Assembly (NCBI GenBank): GCA_016789175.1
Contig: JAEURK010000122.1
Coordinates: forward strand, 718-64,717
Source: Anaerolineales bacterium
GTDB taxonomy: Bacteria; Chloroflexota; Anaerolineae; Anaerolineales; UBA6663
Reading direction: 5' to 3'
Length of the DNA stretch: 64,000 bases
Shown: one piece after another, positions 27,218 to 36,854 of the stretch
Layout of the letters: every line of letters starts with the position of its first letter
Position numbering within the stretch: the stretch's first letter is position 1
The notes under the pieces: model-generated
Seen by the model: the letters and a program-made list of their open reading frames with translations, nothing else
Databases searched by the model: none
Told to the model about the DNA's origin: nothing
Program-made: the position numbers and the translations under genes

Positions 27218-27279
27218 CCGCCCCACCCGCTGCTCACCGGCAAGCGACTTGGGCCGCCACCCCTTGGAGACCCGCCACC

Positions 27280-27891
27280 ATGACCAATCAATCCACGGCC
27301 GCGAAGTACCGTAAGGTCGTTGCCAATATTTCGCTTTCGCTGGACGGGCGCGTCAACGGCCCGGGCGGCGATTACGATATGGGCTGGATCGTCCCGCACG
27401 CCATTACGTCGGGCGCGCGCGACCACATGAGCGCAGTCACGGCCCCGGCCACGACAGTCATCCTGGGCCGCAAGAACTATCAGGGCTTCGGATCGTACTG
27501 GCCCAGTGTGGCCGACGACGGGGCGGCTGACCCGCGCGATCGCGCGTTTTCGCAATGGCTCAATGCCTCAGAGAAGGTGGTGTTCTCACACACGCTCACG
27601 GAGGCCCAATGGCACAACAGCCGGATCGTCGCCGGCGACCCCGTCGCTATCCTCGACGGACTTCGAACGCAACCGGGCGGCGACATCATCATCCTGGCGA
27701 GCATCAGCCTGATCAAGAGCCTGCTGCAGGCCAGTGCCCTGGACCGGTTGAGCATCACGCTCTGCCCCGAGATCGCCGGCGGCGGAGAGCGCCTGTTCGA
27801 GGAAGGGCTGCCCGCCTCAGCCTGGGTGTTGGACAGCAACGTGGCGACCGAGAGCGGCGCGCTCTGCCTGTTTTACGATCGCAGACGCTGA
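27280..27891 (+). CDS. dihydrofolate reductase-family protein (RibD C-terminal domain)
   Basis: About 203 aa from ATG 27280. ISLSLDGRV...ILGRKNYQGF...VVFSHTL...DIIILASISLIKSLL. Confidence 0.75.
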   Translation: MTNQSTAAKYRKVVANISLSLDGRVNGPGGDYDMGWIVPHAITSGARDHMSAVTAPATTVILGRKNYQGFGSYWPSVADDGAADPRDRAFSQWLNASEKVVFSHTLTEAQWHNSRIVAGDPVAILDGLRTQPGGDIIILASISLIKSLLQASALDRLSITLCPEIAGGGERLFEEGLPASAWVLDSNVATESGALCLFYDRRR

Positions 27892-27905
27892 GACGGGAGG
27901 CATCG

Positions 27906-28331
27906 GTGCAAGCTCCCAAGACACAACGCAGACCGGCGCGCAGCCCCCGCCCAAAACCAGTGCCGGAGGTGGAGGCGTTCCTGGCGGATCTGCAACACCC
28001 GCACCTGGCCGAGCTCAAAGCGCTGCGCACGATCATCCTCGGCAGTGACAGTCAGATCGTCGAGGGCATCAAGTGGAACGCGCCCAGCTTCCGCACCACC
28101 GCAGACTTTGCGACCTTCCACCTGCGCGCCAAAAAAGGCCTGCAGCTCGTGCTGCACCGGGGGGCCAAACGCCGGGCCGACGCCGACACCTTTGCGATTG
28201 CGGATCCGGATGGCCTGCTGAACTGGCGCGACCGAGACCGCGCGATCGTGACCTTCATGAGTCTGAATGAGGTCACGGCCCGCAAGGCGGCCCTGGTCGA
28301 TATCCTGCGCCAGTGGATCCGTCAGGTGTAG
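27906..28331 (+). CDS. DUF1801-like protein
   Basis: About 141 aa from GTG 27906 (GGGAGG upstream). FLADLQHPHLAELKALRTIIL...EGIKWNAPSF. Confidence 0.6.
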   Translation: MQAPKTQRRPARSPRPKPVPEVEAFLADLQHPHLAELKALRTIILGSDSQIVEGIKWNAPSFRTTADFATFHLRAKKGLQLVLHRGAKRRADADTFAIADPDGLLNWRDRDRAIVTFMSLNEVTARKAALVDILRQWIRQV

Positions 28332-28374
28332 TGTCGCGCTCCTGGCCCATTTTCTCGCCCGAGGAGGTCACGTC

Positions 28375-28857
28375 ATGTTCGCCAAACAGAAGATCACGCC
28401 CTATCTCTGGTTCGACACACAGGCCGAGGAAGCCGCCCGGTTCTACGTGTCGATCTTCAAGGACTCACGCATCGTCAATATCGCGACCTATGGCGAGGGC
28501 GGGCCTCGACCCAAAGGCTCGGTCCTCACCGTGGTCTTTCAGCTCGAGGGCCAGCAGTTCGTGGCCCTGAACGGCGGGCCGCAGTTCCCGTTCACCGAAG
28601 CGATTTCGCTCTTCGTCAACTGCGAGACCCAGGCCGAGGTCGATTCCCTGTGGGAAAGGCTTCTCGACGGCGGCCAGCCGCAGATGTGCGGCTGGCTGAA
28701 AGACCGCTATGGCGTCTCCTGGCAGATCGTGCCGGATGCGCTGGGCGGGATGCTGTCGGACCCCGACCCGGCCCGGGCCGGACGTGTGACCGAGGCCATG
28801 CTCAAGATGGTGAAGCTCGACCTGGCCGTATTGCAGGAGGCCTATGACCGCGGCTAG
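28375..28857 (+). CDS. VOC-superfamily protein (PhnB / 3-demethylubiquinone-9 3-methyltransferase-domain type)
   Basis: 160 aa. KITPYLWFDTQAEEAARFYVSIF...FQLEGQQFVALNGGP...CGWLKDRYGVSWQIVP. GAGGAGG SD upstream. Confidence 0.75.
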   Translation: MFAKQKITPYLWFDTQAEEAARFYVSIFKDSRIVNIATYGEGGPRPKGSVLTVVFQLEGQQFVALNGGPQFPFTEAISLFVNCETQAEVDSLWERLLDGGQPQMCGWLKDRYGVSWQIVPDALGGMLSDPDPARAGRVTEAMLKMVKLDLAVLQEAYDRG

Positions 28858-29230
28858 TCTGCCAGTCAACTCACCGCTGGATCTGACCTTTGCGGCGCTG
28901 TCCGACCCTACCCGCCGTGCGATCCTGGCGCGGCTGGCCGCCGGCGAGGCCACGGTCATGGACCTGACTCGCCGCTTCGCGTTGAGCCAGCCCGCGATCT
29001 CGAAGCACCTGAAGGTCCTCGAACGGGCCGGCCTGATCTCGCGCGGGCGCGACGCGCAGCGCCGCCCCTGTCGGTTGGAGGCCCGTCGCCTCGCGGAGGC
29101 CAATGCCTGGCTCGAAGGCTATCGCCGGCATTGGGAGGGCACGTATCAACGCCTCGACGCCTTGCTTTCAGAGCTCAAGGCCGAGGAACTCAACGAGCGA
29201 CTGAGCCAGTACCCGGGAGATCCTTCATGA
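28844..29230 (+). CDS. ArsR/SmtB-family transcriptional regulator
   Basis: 128 aa. FAALSDPTRRAILARLAAGEATVMDLTRRFALSQPAISKHLKVLERAGLI. Confidence 0.85.
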   Translation: MTAASLPVNSPLDLTFAALSDPTRRAILARLAAGEATVMDLTRRFALSQPAISKHLKVLERAGLISRGRDAQRRPCRLEARRLAEANAWLEGYRRHWEGTYQRLDALLSELKAEELNERLSQYPGDPS

Positions 29231-29709
29231 AAACAGTCGGCGCACTCCAGGTCACTACCCCGTCCGAACGCGAGGTCGCGCTGACCCGCGTCTTCGATGC
29301 GCCCCGTCGTATGGTGTTCGATTGCTACACCCGGCCCGAACTGGTCAAGCGTTGGGCCGGCGGCCCGCCGGGCTGGCGAATGCTCAGTTGCGAGATCGAT
29401 CTGCGGGTGGGCGGCGTCTGGCACTGGGTCACCGAAAGCCCGGACGGTCAGCGCATGGGCTACGGAGGGGTTTACCTCGAGGTCGTGGCACCCGAACGGC
29501 TGGTGTCGACCGAGGTCTTCGACGAGCCCTGGTATGAGGGTGAAGCCGTCTCACGGCTGGAGTTCGTCGAACATGCCGGCCAGACGACACTGACCACCAC
29601 GGTCCGCTATGCGTCCCAGGCCGTCCGCGACGCTGTGCTGCAATCGCCTATGGCCGAGGGCATGGCGTATGGGCTGGAGCAGCTCGCGGCGGTGCTCCGG
29701 GCGCTGTGA
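29227..29709 (+). CDS. SRPBCC-superfamily protein (Aha1/START-like)
   Basis: 160 aa. ATGA overlap with the arsR-family stop. LTRVFDAPRRMVFDCYTRPELVKRW...GGVW...G.Y.EV. Confidence 0.8.
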   Translation: MKTVGALQVTTPSEREVALTRVFDAPRRMVFDCYTRPELVKRWAGGPPGWRMLSCEIDLRVGGVWHWVTESPDGQRMGYGGVYLEVVAPERLVSTEVFDEPWYEGEAVSRLEFVEHAGQTTLTTTVRYASQAVRDAVLQSPMAEGMAYGLEQLAAVLRAL

Positions 29710-29722
29710 GGGCAAGCCGACC

Positions 29723-29804
29723 GGGCGCCCACAAGGGGCGCGCTGGGGCACACGAGCCCCACGGGGCCGGCGGTAGGGCGCCCACAAGGGGCGCCCCTAC
29801 CGCC
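29723..29804. terminator. duplicated GC hairpins between convergent genes
   Basis: 19-nt direct repeat GGGCGCCCACAAGGGGCGC at 29723-29741 and 29776-29794, each a GCGCCC-ACAAG-GGGCGC hairpin. The second extends to a ~15-bp stem (29769-29804) overlapping the stop of the minus-strand gene. Confidence 0.6.
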
Positions 29805-30426
29805 GCCCTTGAATGAAGCTGACGGTGCCGGCGAAGGCGCCGACGACGACCAGGACCAGGATGATCACCATCGGCGGCACGCCGCCGGTTCCGCTGATCG
29901 GCGCGCCGGAAGCCGGCAGCAGCGTCGGGCGCAGGACGACCGACGGCGCCGTGAAGGTCGGCGGACGGACTGTGACGGGCGAATCCGTCGGCGCCAGGCC
30001 ACCGAACTCGATCGTGGGCGTCGTCACGCGCGTGGGCGTGGCCGGGATAGCGACATCGGACAAGGCATCGACCTGCCCCGTGAAGGCGATGTTGTCGATC
30101 CAAACCCAGCCCACGTTGTCGTTCGGGCCGAGGTAGACGATCTGAAGCCAGACCACGGCCTCGCCGTCGTCGGCGCCGATCACGGCCTTACCCAACACCG
30201 CCGCCACCTGCCCGGCCACGATCCGGCCGACGCGATCGTAGGTGGTGCCCGGGCCGCTGCGCACCGTGGCGCCCTCGCCCACGCCTGTGATGAACGGACC
30301 GCTCGGCGTGGCGTCTTGCGCCAGGGGACCGGCGCTGGCACGCCCCGCGCCCCATCCCATAATCACGGCAAACAGCCCGGTCAGGGCCAGTAACGCGCCG
30401 CTCCGGCGCAGGTTGAGGGATCTCAT
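29797..30426 (-). CDS. secreted SH3-like domain protein with C-terminal membrane anchor
   Basis: 209 aa from ATG 30426. Signal-like MRSLNLRRSGALLALTGLFAVIMG. SH3b-like GATVRSGPGTTYDRVGRI. C-terminal TM PPMVIILVLVVVGAFAG. The longer track ORF is unlikely. Confidence 0.6.
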   Translation of the reverse strand: MRSLNLRRSGALLALTGLFAVIMGWGAGRASAGPLAQDATPSGPFITGVGEGATVRSGPGTTYDRVGRIVAGQVAAVLGKAVIGADDGEAVVWLQIVYLGPNDNVGWVWIDNIAFTGQVDALSDVAIPATPTRVTTPTIEFGGLAPTDSPVTVRPPTFTAPSVVLRPTLLPASGAPISGTGGVPPMVIILVLVVVGAFAGTVSFIQGRR

Positions 30427-30517
30427 CTGGCCTGGATTGTACCCAAGTCGAATAAAGCAAAAAGGCGGCGCCGAGCGCCGCCTTTGCGTCTTGATTGGTT
30501 CGAAGCGCGATCCGGGA

Positions 30518-31255
30518 TCACACGTCGTCGCGCAGGATGTCGAGCGTGGCCTGGAGCGCCGGGAGCAGCGAGCCCTCGTCGGCGTAGTCGGCCGGTGCAA
30601 AGGCCATCGCCATCTGCCCGGCCTGGCGCCCGGCGATGCGAGATTGCAGGCCCTCGAGCGCGGCCAGTGAATCCGTGAAACCAATCTTGCCGAGCAGGTC
30701 GATCGCGGCCCGCCGAATGTGCACGGCCACCGAGCGGTCGCCGGCCAGCTTGACCAACAAGGCTGAGGCCGCCGGCACGCGCTCGAGCACATGCGCCTGG
30801 GCCTCCAGGGTCAAGCGCGCCGCGCCTTCGTGCGCTGCCAGATGCGCCTCGAGTAGATACTGCATCTGGGGTCGGTCAAACTTGCGCAGTTGCGCGGCGA
30901 CGCCGGCGCGCACCTCGGCCGGGTAACGATACTCGCTCCCACGCAGTTCGAAGTAGTCGCCGATCGCCTGGACGATCTGAGCGCGCAAGCCAAGATCGGC
31001 TTCGTCCAGCCTGGCGGTCAACAATTGGACGGTCAGCGACGAGCGCCGCAACCCCTCGGACCCCATCAAAATGGCGAAGCCGCGCGCCCGCTCCTGCAGG
31101 TGCTGCGACACGAACATCTCGCCTGCGACCCACGGATCGACCGACGGCACGGTCCGCGGCTGCAGACGCATGGCGGGTCGAACAAGCGAGGCTTCGAATC
31201 GGACGCGGGACCGGGGACGGCTCATGAGCGATTCACTTTGACAACGCAGGTCCAC
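30518..31255 (-). CDS. hypothetical protein (helical-repeat/HEAT-like?)
   Basis: Only long ORF in the gap. Start ambiguous (GTG 31255 or ATG 31225). No motif recognised with confidence. Confidence 0.35.
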   Translation of the reverse strand: MDLRCQSESLMSRPRSRVRFEASLVRPAMRLQPRTVPSVDPWVAGEMFVSQHLQERARGFAILMGSEGLRRSSLTVQLLTARLDEADLGLRAQIVQAIGDYFELRGSEYRYPAEVRAGVAAQLRKFDRPQMQYLLEAHLAAHEGAARLTLEAQAHVLERVPAASALLVKLAGDRSVAVHIRRAAIDLLGKIGFTDSLAALEGLQSRIAGRQAGQMAMAFAPADYADEGSLLPALQATLDILRDDV

Positions 31256-31295
31256 GGACGACCCACGTCGGGCATAACTCAGTGCGGCGTGGGCG

Positions 31296-34073
31296 CTAAT
31301 TTAGCACATCCAACACGGCGCGCAAGTTGCGCTCGACGTTCACGCCCAGGTTGATCCGCAACACGCGGCGCTTACGCGCCAACAGGGCCTGCAGATCGCC
31401 CAATGCCTGCGCGTTCTTCAGCCCCGAGAAGCTGTAGGGCTGGCCCGGCACGGGCGCATCGACCGCATCGTCGCAGACGAGTTGGATGAAAACCCCATTG
31501 TTGGCGCCGCCCTTGTGAAGCTGGCCGGTTGAATGCAAGAAGCGCGGGCCGTACCCGAGCGTGGTCGCGGCCCCGGTCTTGTCACGCAAGGCCGCCTGCA
31601 GCTCACGCAGCAGTTTCTCGCGCTTGGGCGTGGCGTGCAGATACGCCATGATCGCCACGTAATCGTTGCGGTGCACGCTCTGCAGATGCTGGCGCACCGT
31701 CGCCGCGAGGCCGGCATCGACGCGCACTTCCTCGGCAGCCGGCAGCTGGCCGGTCTCGGAGAGAGTCGCCAGCAACGCCCGGGTCTTGTCCTTGGCCTCT
31801 TGCACGTTGGGCTGATCGAACGGGTCGATCGCCAGCACCCAGCTGGCGGCCGTTGTCGCGATCTCCCAGCGCAGGAACTCGCCGCCCAGGTCGTACACGT
31901 CGTCGAGCGTGATCGTCACGACCGGCTGCCCGGCGCGGGCCAGGGCCTTGAGCGCGCGCTCGTTCTCCGAATCCTTTCCGAGCTTGAGGTGGATGAAGAG
32001 CCGGTCGAGCCCGTAGGCGCGCGGCTTGGCCAGCGCCTCGCCCTCGATCGGCAGGATGCCCACGCCGTCTTTGCCGGTCGACTCGGCGATCAGTTGCTCG
32101 ACCCAGTAACCAAAGGTGCGCACTTTGGGCGAGGTCAGCACCGTGACCTTGTCGCGCTTCGACTTGGTCAGGGCGCCCAGGATCGCGCCCAGGTGCAGCC
32201 CGGGATTGCGGACCGGCGGCACGTTCGGGCCGCAGGCCGCGGCCATGCGCTGCGCCCGGCCGAGCAGTTTGGGGAGGTCGATGCCCATCAATGCCGCGGG
32301 CACCAGGCCGAAGAGTGAGAGCGCCGAGTAGCGCCCACCGATCTCAGGCGGATTCACGAACACACGCCGGAAGCCGCGCTCTTTGGCCATGGCTTCGAGC
32401 GCCGTGCCCGGGTCGGTGATGGCGACGAAATGTTCGCCGGCCCGGCGTCCTTTGAGCTGGGTCAGCTTGGCCCAGAAGTGGTTGTTGAAGGCATTGATCT
32501 CGGCCGTGCCGCCCGATTTCGAGGCGACGATGTAGAGCGTGCGCGCCGGATCGCTGCGCGCCTCGGCGGCCAGCACCGCGGCCGGGTCGGTCGAATCGAG
32601 CACCGCCAGATCAAGATAACCCTTGGCCACGCCAAAGGTCATGCGGAGCACCTCGGGTGCCAGCGACGAGCCCCCCATGCCGAGCAGCAACGCATGCGTA
32701 AAGCCGGCCCGGCGCACCTCGCCCGCAAACGTGGTCAGGTGCGCGATCTCGGCCGTCATCTGGACCGGCAGATCGAGCCAGCCCATGCGGATCTTGATCT
32801 CGCCCTGATGAGCAGGATCGTTCGGCTTCCAAAGCGTGGTGTCTTTGCGCCACAGGCGCGGCCCGAATTCGGCCCGCGCCATGGCCGCGGTCGAACGGGC
32901 GGCCGTGGCCGCGCTGCGCCCGAGCTCGGGCACCTGGCGGTCGGCCAGCAGCACCGCCTGGCGCCGGGTCTCGACCACACCCAACAGCGTTTCGAACGAC
33001 TTGGTGAAGGAGGCCACGCCCTCGCGCTCGAGCTGGGCCGTGACATCATCCATGTGGATGCCGACTTCTTCGAGCTTCTCGATCACGGCTTCGGCCTCGG
33101 GCGCCGTCGCGGCCAGGCGCACCTCCGGTTTGCCGTGGTCCTTATAGGCCACGACCGTGGCCGGCGGCATAGTGTCGACCGTATCGGGCGCGATCAGGGC
33201 CTCGACGTAGTACACGTCGGGATAGGCCGGGTTCTTCGTGCTGGTGCTGGCCCAGAGCGGCCGCTGCAGGCGCGCGCCTTTGGCCGCCAGTTTCTGCCAG
33301 CGCGGTCCCGCAAAAGTAGCGCGGAAGGCGGCATAGGCCAGCTTGGCGTTGGCGATCGCGGCCTGGCCCTTGAGCGCGTCGAGCGCCTTGGCCTCGGTCT
33401 TGCTCAGCGCGCCGCGCTTCAGATCGAGCTGCTTGTCGACCAGGCTGTCGACCCGGCTGACGAAGAAGCTCGCCACCGAAGCGAGCCCGTCGATCGGCTT
33501 GCGCGCCCCGGCGCGTTTCTCGAGCCCGGAGAGATAGGCCTCCATCACTTCACGGTAGCGCTCGATCGAGAAGATCAGGGTGACGTTGACGTTGATGCCC
33601 TCGGCCAGGCACTGCGCAATCGCGGGCAGACCCTCTTTGGTCGCCGGGATCTTGACCATCAGGTTGGGCTTGCCGACGGCCTTCCACAGCCGACGCGCCT
33701 CGGCCACCGTCGCCGCCGTATCACGCGCCAGGTTGGGCGCGACTTCGATGCTGACGTAGCCGTCCGCCCCGCCCGTCCGCCGGAACACCGGCCCAAACAC
33801 GTCGGCGGCGGCGCGGATGTCGTCAATCGAGAGTCCATCGTAGATGTCGAGCGCGGATTTGCCGGCGCGCGCCAGAGTCGCGATGTGCTCGTCGTAATCG
33901 TTGCTGCCGGCGATGGCCTGTTCGAAGATCGTGGGGTTGGAGGTCAGGCCTGTGATGTCGCCGGCTTGGACCATCTTCTTGAGCGCGCCGGTGGTCAGGA
34001 GGCTGCGGCGGATGTTGTCGTGCCAGGGGGATTGACCCAAAGCGGTCAGCTGCGCAAGAGGATGTGTCGCCAT
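31296..34073 (-). CDS. bifunctional transaldolase / glucose-6-phosphate isomerase
   Basis: 925 aa. N-terminal transaldolase (GQSPWHDNIRR...TGLTSNPTIF...MVKIPAT). C-terminal PGI-like half (GMGGSSLAPEV...SKSGGTAE). Confidence 0.9.
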   Translation of the reverse strand: MATHPLAQLTALGQSPWHDNIRRSLLTTGALKKMVQAGDITGLTSNPTIFEQAIAGSNDYDEHIATLARAGKSALDIYDGLSIDDIRAAADVFGPVFRRTGGADGYVSIEVAPNLARDTAATVAEARRLWKAVGKPNLMVKIPATKEGLPAIAQCLAEGINVNVTLIFSIERYREVMEAYLSGLEKRAGARKPIDGLASVASFFVSRVDSLVDKQLDLKRGALSKTEAKALDALKGQAAIANAKLAYAAFRATFAGPRWQKLAAKGARLQRPLWASTSTKNPAYPDVYYVEALIAPDTVDTMPPATVVAYKDHGKPEVRLAATAPEAEAVIEKLEEVGIHMDDVTAQLEREGVASFTKSFETLLGVVETRRQAVLLADRQVPELGRSAATAARSTAAMARAEFGPRLWRKDTTLWKPNDPAHQGEIKIRMGWLDLPVQMTAEIAHLTTFAGEVRRAGFTHALLLGMGGSSLAPEVLRMTFGVAKGYLDLAVLDSTDPAAVLAAEARSDPARTLYIVASKSGGTAEINAFNNHFWAKLTQLKGRRAGEHFVAITDPGTALEAMAKERGFRRVFVNPPEIGGRYSALSLFGLVPAALMGIDLPKLLGRAQRMAAACGPNVPPVRNPGLHLGAILGALTKSKRDKVTVLTSPKVRTFGYWVEQLIAESTGKDGVGILPIEGEALAKPRAYGLDRLFIHLKLGKDSENERALKALARAGQPVVTITLDDVYDLGGEFLRWEIATTAASWVLAIDPFDQPNVQEAKDKTRALLATLSETGQLPAAEEVRVDAGLAATVRQHLQSVHRNDYVAIMAYLHATPKREKLLRELQAALRDKTGAATTLGYGPRFLHSTGQLHKGGANNGVFIQLVCDDAVDAPVPGQPYSFSGLKNAQALGDLQALLARKRRVLRINLGVNVERNLRAVLDVLN

Positions 34074-34218
34074 CGCATGTTCCTATCTTTGATCGGCGAG
34101 CCTGGGCCCGACCGAGTCGCTAGTGTGGCGTGTGGAGCGCGGCCCGCCAACAGCAGGCCGCGGCGTTTTGCAGGGCCGTCAAGCGCGTCGACGCTGTGTC
34201 GGTACGCCAGGGCCGCGC

Positions 34219-34689
34219 TCAACGGTCTCCGGGCTGTGGCCCGCCTTGCTCCAGAGCCTTGACTTTATTGAGCCGGCGCACCAAACGCTCTTCGTTCTGG
34301 AAGGTCGCGCCCAAGAAAGCGCGCGTGATCTCGGACGCCAGCTCGGAGCCGATGATCCGCGCCCCGACGCACAACACATTCATATCGTCATGTTCGACGC
34401 CCTGATGGGCCGAGTAGGTGTCATGACACACTCCGGCCCGGATGCCCCGCATCTTGTTTGCCGCGATACAGGCGCCGACGCCGCTGCCGCACAAGACGAT
34501 GCCACGCTCGGCACGGCCCGCCTGCAGCTCCAGACCGACCGCTTTCGCCGAGTCCGGGTAATCGACCGGATGATCGGCCGAATCGGTCCCAAGGTCGAGC
34601 GTCTCCCACCCGAGCCCCTGAGCCACCTCGATCAGCCTGGATTTCAGCACAAACCCGCCATGATCGGCGGCAATGGCCAGTCTCTTCAT
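34219..34689 (-). CDS. rpiB: ribose-5-phosphate isomerase B
   Basis: 156 aa. [13 protein letters not shown]...[17 protein letters not shown]...[15 protein letters not shown]. Confidence 0.9.
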   Translation of the reverse strand: MKRLAIAADHGGFVLKSRLIEVAQGLGWETLDLGTDSADHPVDYPDSAKAVGLELQAGRAERGIVLCGSGVGACIAANKMRGIRAGVCHDTYSAHQGVEHDDMNVLCVGARIIGSELASEITRAFLGATFQNEERLVRRLNKVKALEQGGPQPGDR

Positions 34690-34759
34690 TCTTTGCCCTC
34701 AAGCCGAACAACAATGCCGCCCGTCTCCGGACCGGCGTCCATCGACCCAGACGACTCAC

Positions 34760-34795
34760 CCTCTTCCCTCTTCCCTCTTCCCTCTTCCCTCTTCC
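34760..34795. repeat. heptamer microsatellite (CCTCTTC)x5 in the tkt-rpiB spacer
   Basis: Five perfect head-to-tail copies. On the coding (minus) strand it reads GGAAGAG x5 (polypurine, SD-like), starting 11 nt after the tkt stop. Confidence 0.9.
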
Positions 34796-34805
34796 TTTTT
34801 CGCCC

Positions 34806-36854
34806 TCACTGCCCCAGCGCGCGCTGCGCCAGCTCGACCACGCGCTCGACCGTGAAGCCGAACTCCTTGAACACCGTCGGAGCCGGGGCCGAGGCGCCGA
34901 AACGATCGATCGACAGGGTCTGCCCGGACGCGCCCACGTACTTGTGCCAGCCCAGCGAGACGCCGGCCTCGACCGCGACGCGCGCCGTCACGGTTGGCGG
35001 CAACACCGACTCGCGGTACGCGATCGATTGCTCCTCGAACAGCGCCCAGCACGGAAGCGACACGATCCGGGCGCGCACGCCGCGCTCGGCCAGTACCTTC
35101 TCGGCTGCCACGACCAGCGCCAGCTCCGACCCGGTCGCGAGCAACAGCACCTGCGGGTCGGCCACGTCCGGGTTGAGGACATAGCCGCCGCGCGCCGTGC
35201 CCTCGGCCGGGGCATACACAGCCCGATCCAGCACGGGCAGGTTCTGGCGCGTCAGCGACAGGATGGTCGGGCGCCCGCGGTTCTCGATCGCGATCCGCCA
35301 GGCCCAGGCCGTCTCGTTGGCATCGCCCGGCCGGATGAAGAGCGCATGGGGGATCGCGCGCAGGGCCGCGTAGTGCTCGACCGGTTGATGGGTCGGGCCG
35401 TCTTCGCCGACGCCGATGCTGTCGTGGGTGAAGACCCAGACGCTGCCCAGCTCCATCAGGGCCGAGAGCCGGACCGCGCCGCGCATGTAGTCGGCAAACA
35501 TCAGGAAGGTCGCGCCGTAGGGGATCGAGCCGCCGTGCAGCGCCAGGCCGTTGACGATGGCGCCCATGGCGTGCTCGCGCACACCAAAATGCAGGTTGCG
35601 GCCGTCATAGCCCCAGACCCCGCCCGAGGCGCCTTGCACGCCCTCCTGCGACAGCGTCGGGCTCTGGAAATCGCCCGCGCCCTTGAGCACTGTGAACGTG
35701 GAAGGGTTCAAGTCGGCCGAGCCGCCGATCAACTCCGGCAGCACCGTGCCCAGCGCATTGAGGACGGTCTCGCCGGCCTTGCGCGTGGCCACGCCCTTCG
35801 GGTCGGCCGCGAAGCTCGGGATCGCTTCAACCCAACCTGCCGGCAGATCGCCCGCCAGGCGTCGGTTCAACTCGGCCGCCAGCTCGGGATGGGCCTGAGC
35901 GTAGGCATCGAAAGCGGCCTGCCAGGCCTTTTGCGCCTTGCGCCCGCGCCGCACGGCCTTGCGCAGATGATCGACTGCAGCTTCCGGCAGATGGAACATC
36001 TCGTCCGGCCAGCCCAGGTTGGCCTTGGCCGCCTTGAGTTCGTCCGGGCCGAGCGGCGAGCCGTGCGCCTCGGAGGTGCCCTGCTTGTGCGGGGCGCCGA
36101 AGCCGATGATCGTGCGCACCGCGATGAGCGACGGCTTATCGGTCACGCGCTGCGCCTTCTTGAGCGCGCGCCCCACCGCCGCCGGGTCATTGCCGTCGAC
36201 GACGTGTTGGACGTGCCAGCCATAGGCGGCGTAGCGCTTGCCGACATCCTCGGAGAACGACAACGAGTTCGTGCCGGCCAGCGAGATCGCGTTGTCGTCG
36301 TACAACACGATCAGCTTGCCGAGTTTGAGGTGCCCGGCCAACGAACAGGCTTCAGCCGTCACACCTTCCATCAAATCGCCGTCGGAGGCGAGGACGTAGG
36401 TGTAATGATTGATGACATCGTGCCCCGGCCGGTTGAAGGTCGCGGCCAGATGCGCCTCCGCCAGCGCGAAACCGACCGCGGTCGCCAGGCCCTGACCGAG
36501 CGGCCCGGTCGTCATTTCGACGCCCGGCGTCAGCCCCACCTCGGGATGGCCCGGCGTGCGGCTGCCCCACTGCCGGAAACGTTTGACTTCGTCCAGCGAG
36601 ACGTCATAGCCCGTCAGGTGCAGCAAGGCATACAGCAGCATCGAGCCATGGCCGGCCGAAAGGATGAATCGGTCGCGGTTGGCCCAATTCGGATCCTTGG
36701 GGTTGTGGGTCAGAAACTTGTCCCACAAGGCATAGGCCATGGCCGCGGCGCCCATCGGCAGGCCTGGATGCCCCGAATTGGCGTGTTGGACGGCGTCAGC
36801 CGCAAGGAAGCGGATGGTATTGATCGCCTGGCGATCGATTTCTGGGTTAGCCAC
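34806..36854 (-). CDS. tkt: transketolase
   Basis: [34 protein letters not shown]. Preferred GTG at 36854 with AGAGGAG 5 nt upstream; the track start at 36899 is possible. Confidence 0.9.
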   Translation of the reverse strand: MANPEIDRQAINTIRFLAADAVQHANSGHPGLPMGAAAMAYALWDKFLTHNPKDPNWANRDRFILSAGHGSMLLYALLHLTGYDVSLDEVKRFRQWGSRTPGHPEVGLTPGVEMTTGPLGQGLATAVGFALAEAHLAATFNRPGHDVINHYTYVLASDGDLMEGVTAEACSLAGHLKLGKLIVLYDDNAISLAGTNSLSFSEDVGKRYAAYGWHVQHVVDGNDPAAVGRALKKAQRVTDKPSLIAVRTIIGFGAPHKQGTSEAHGSPLGPDELKAAKANLGWPDEMFHLPEAAVDHLRKAVRRGRKAQKAWQAAFDAYAQAHPELAAELNRRLAGDLPAGWVEAIPSFAADPKGVATRKAGETVLNALGTVLPELIGGSADLNPSTFTVLKGAGDFQSPTLSQEGVQGASGGVWGYDGRNLHFGVREHAMGAIVNGLALHGGSIPYGATFLMFADYMRGAVRLSALMELGSVWVFTHDSIGVGEDGPTHQPVEHYAALRAIPHALFIRPGDANETAWAWRIAIENRGRPTILSLTRQNLPVLDRAVYAPAEGTARGGYVLNPDVADPQVLLLATGSELALVVAAEKVLAERGVRARIVSLPCWALFEEQSIAYRESVLPPTVTARVAVEAGVSLGWHKYVGASGQTLSIDRFGASAPAPTVFKEFGFTVERVVELAQRALGQ

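Noticed and set aside
29797-30792. 331-aa version of the SH3-like protein ORF.
   Set aside because: The N-terminal 122 aa are Arg/Pro/Cys-rich with no signal peptide logic. An internal ATG at 30426 gives a clean signal peptide followed by the SH3-like domain, so the shorter model is preferred.
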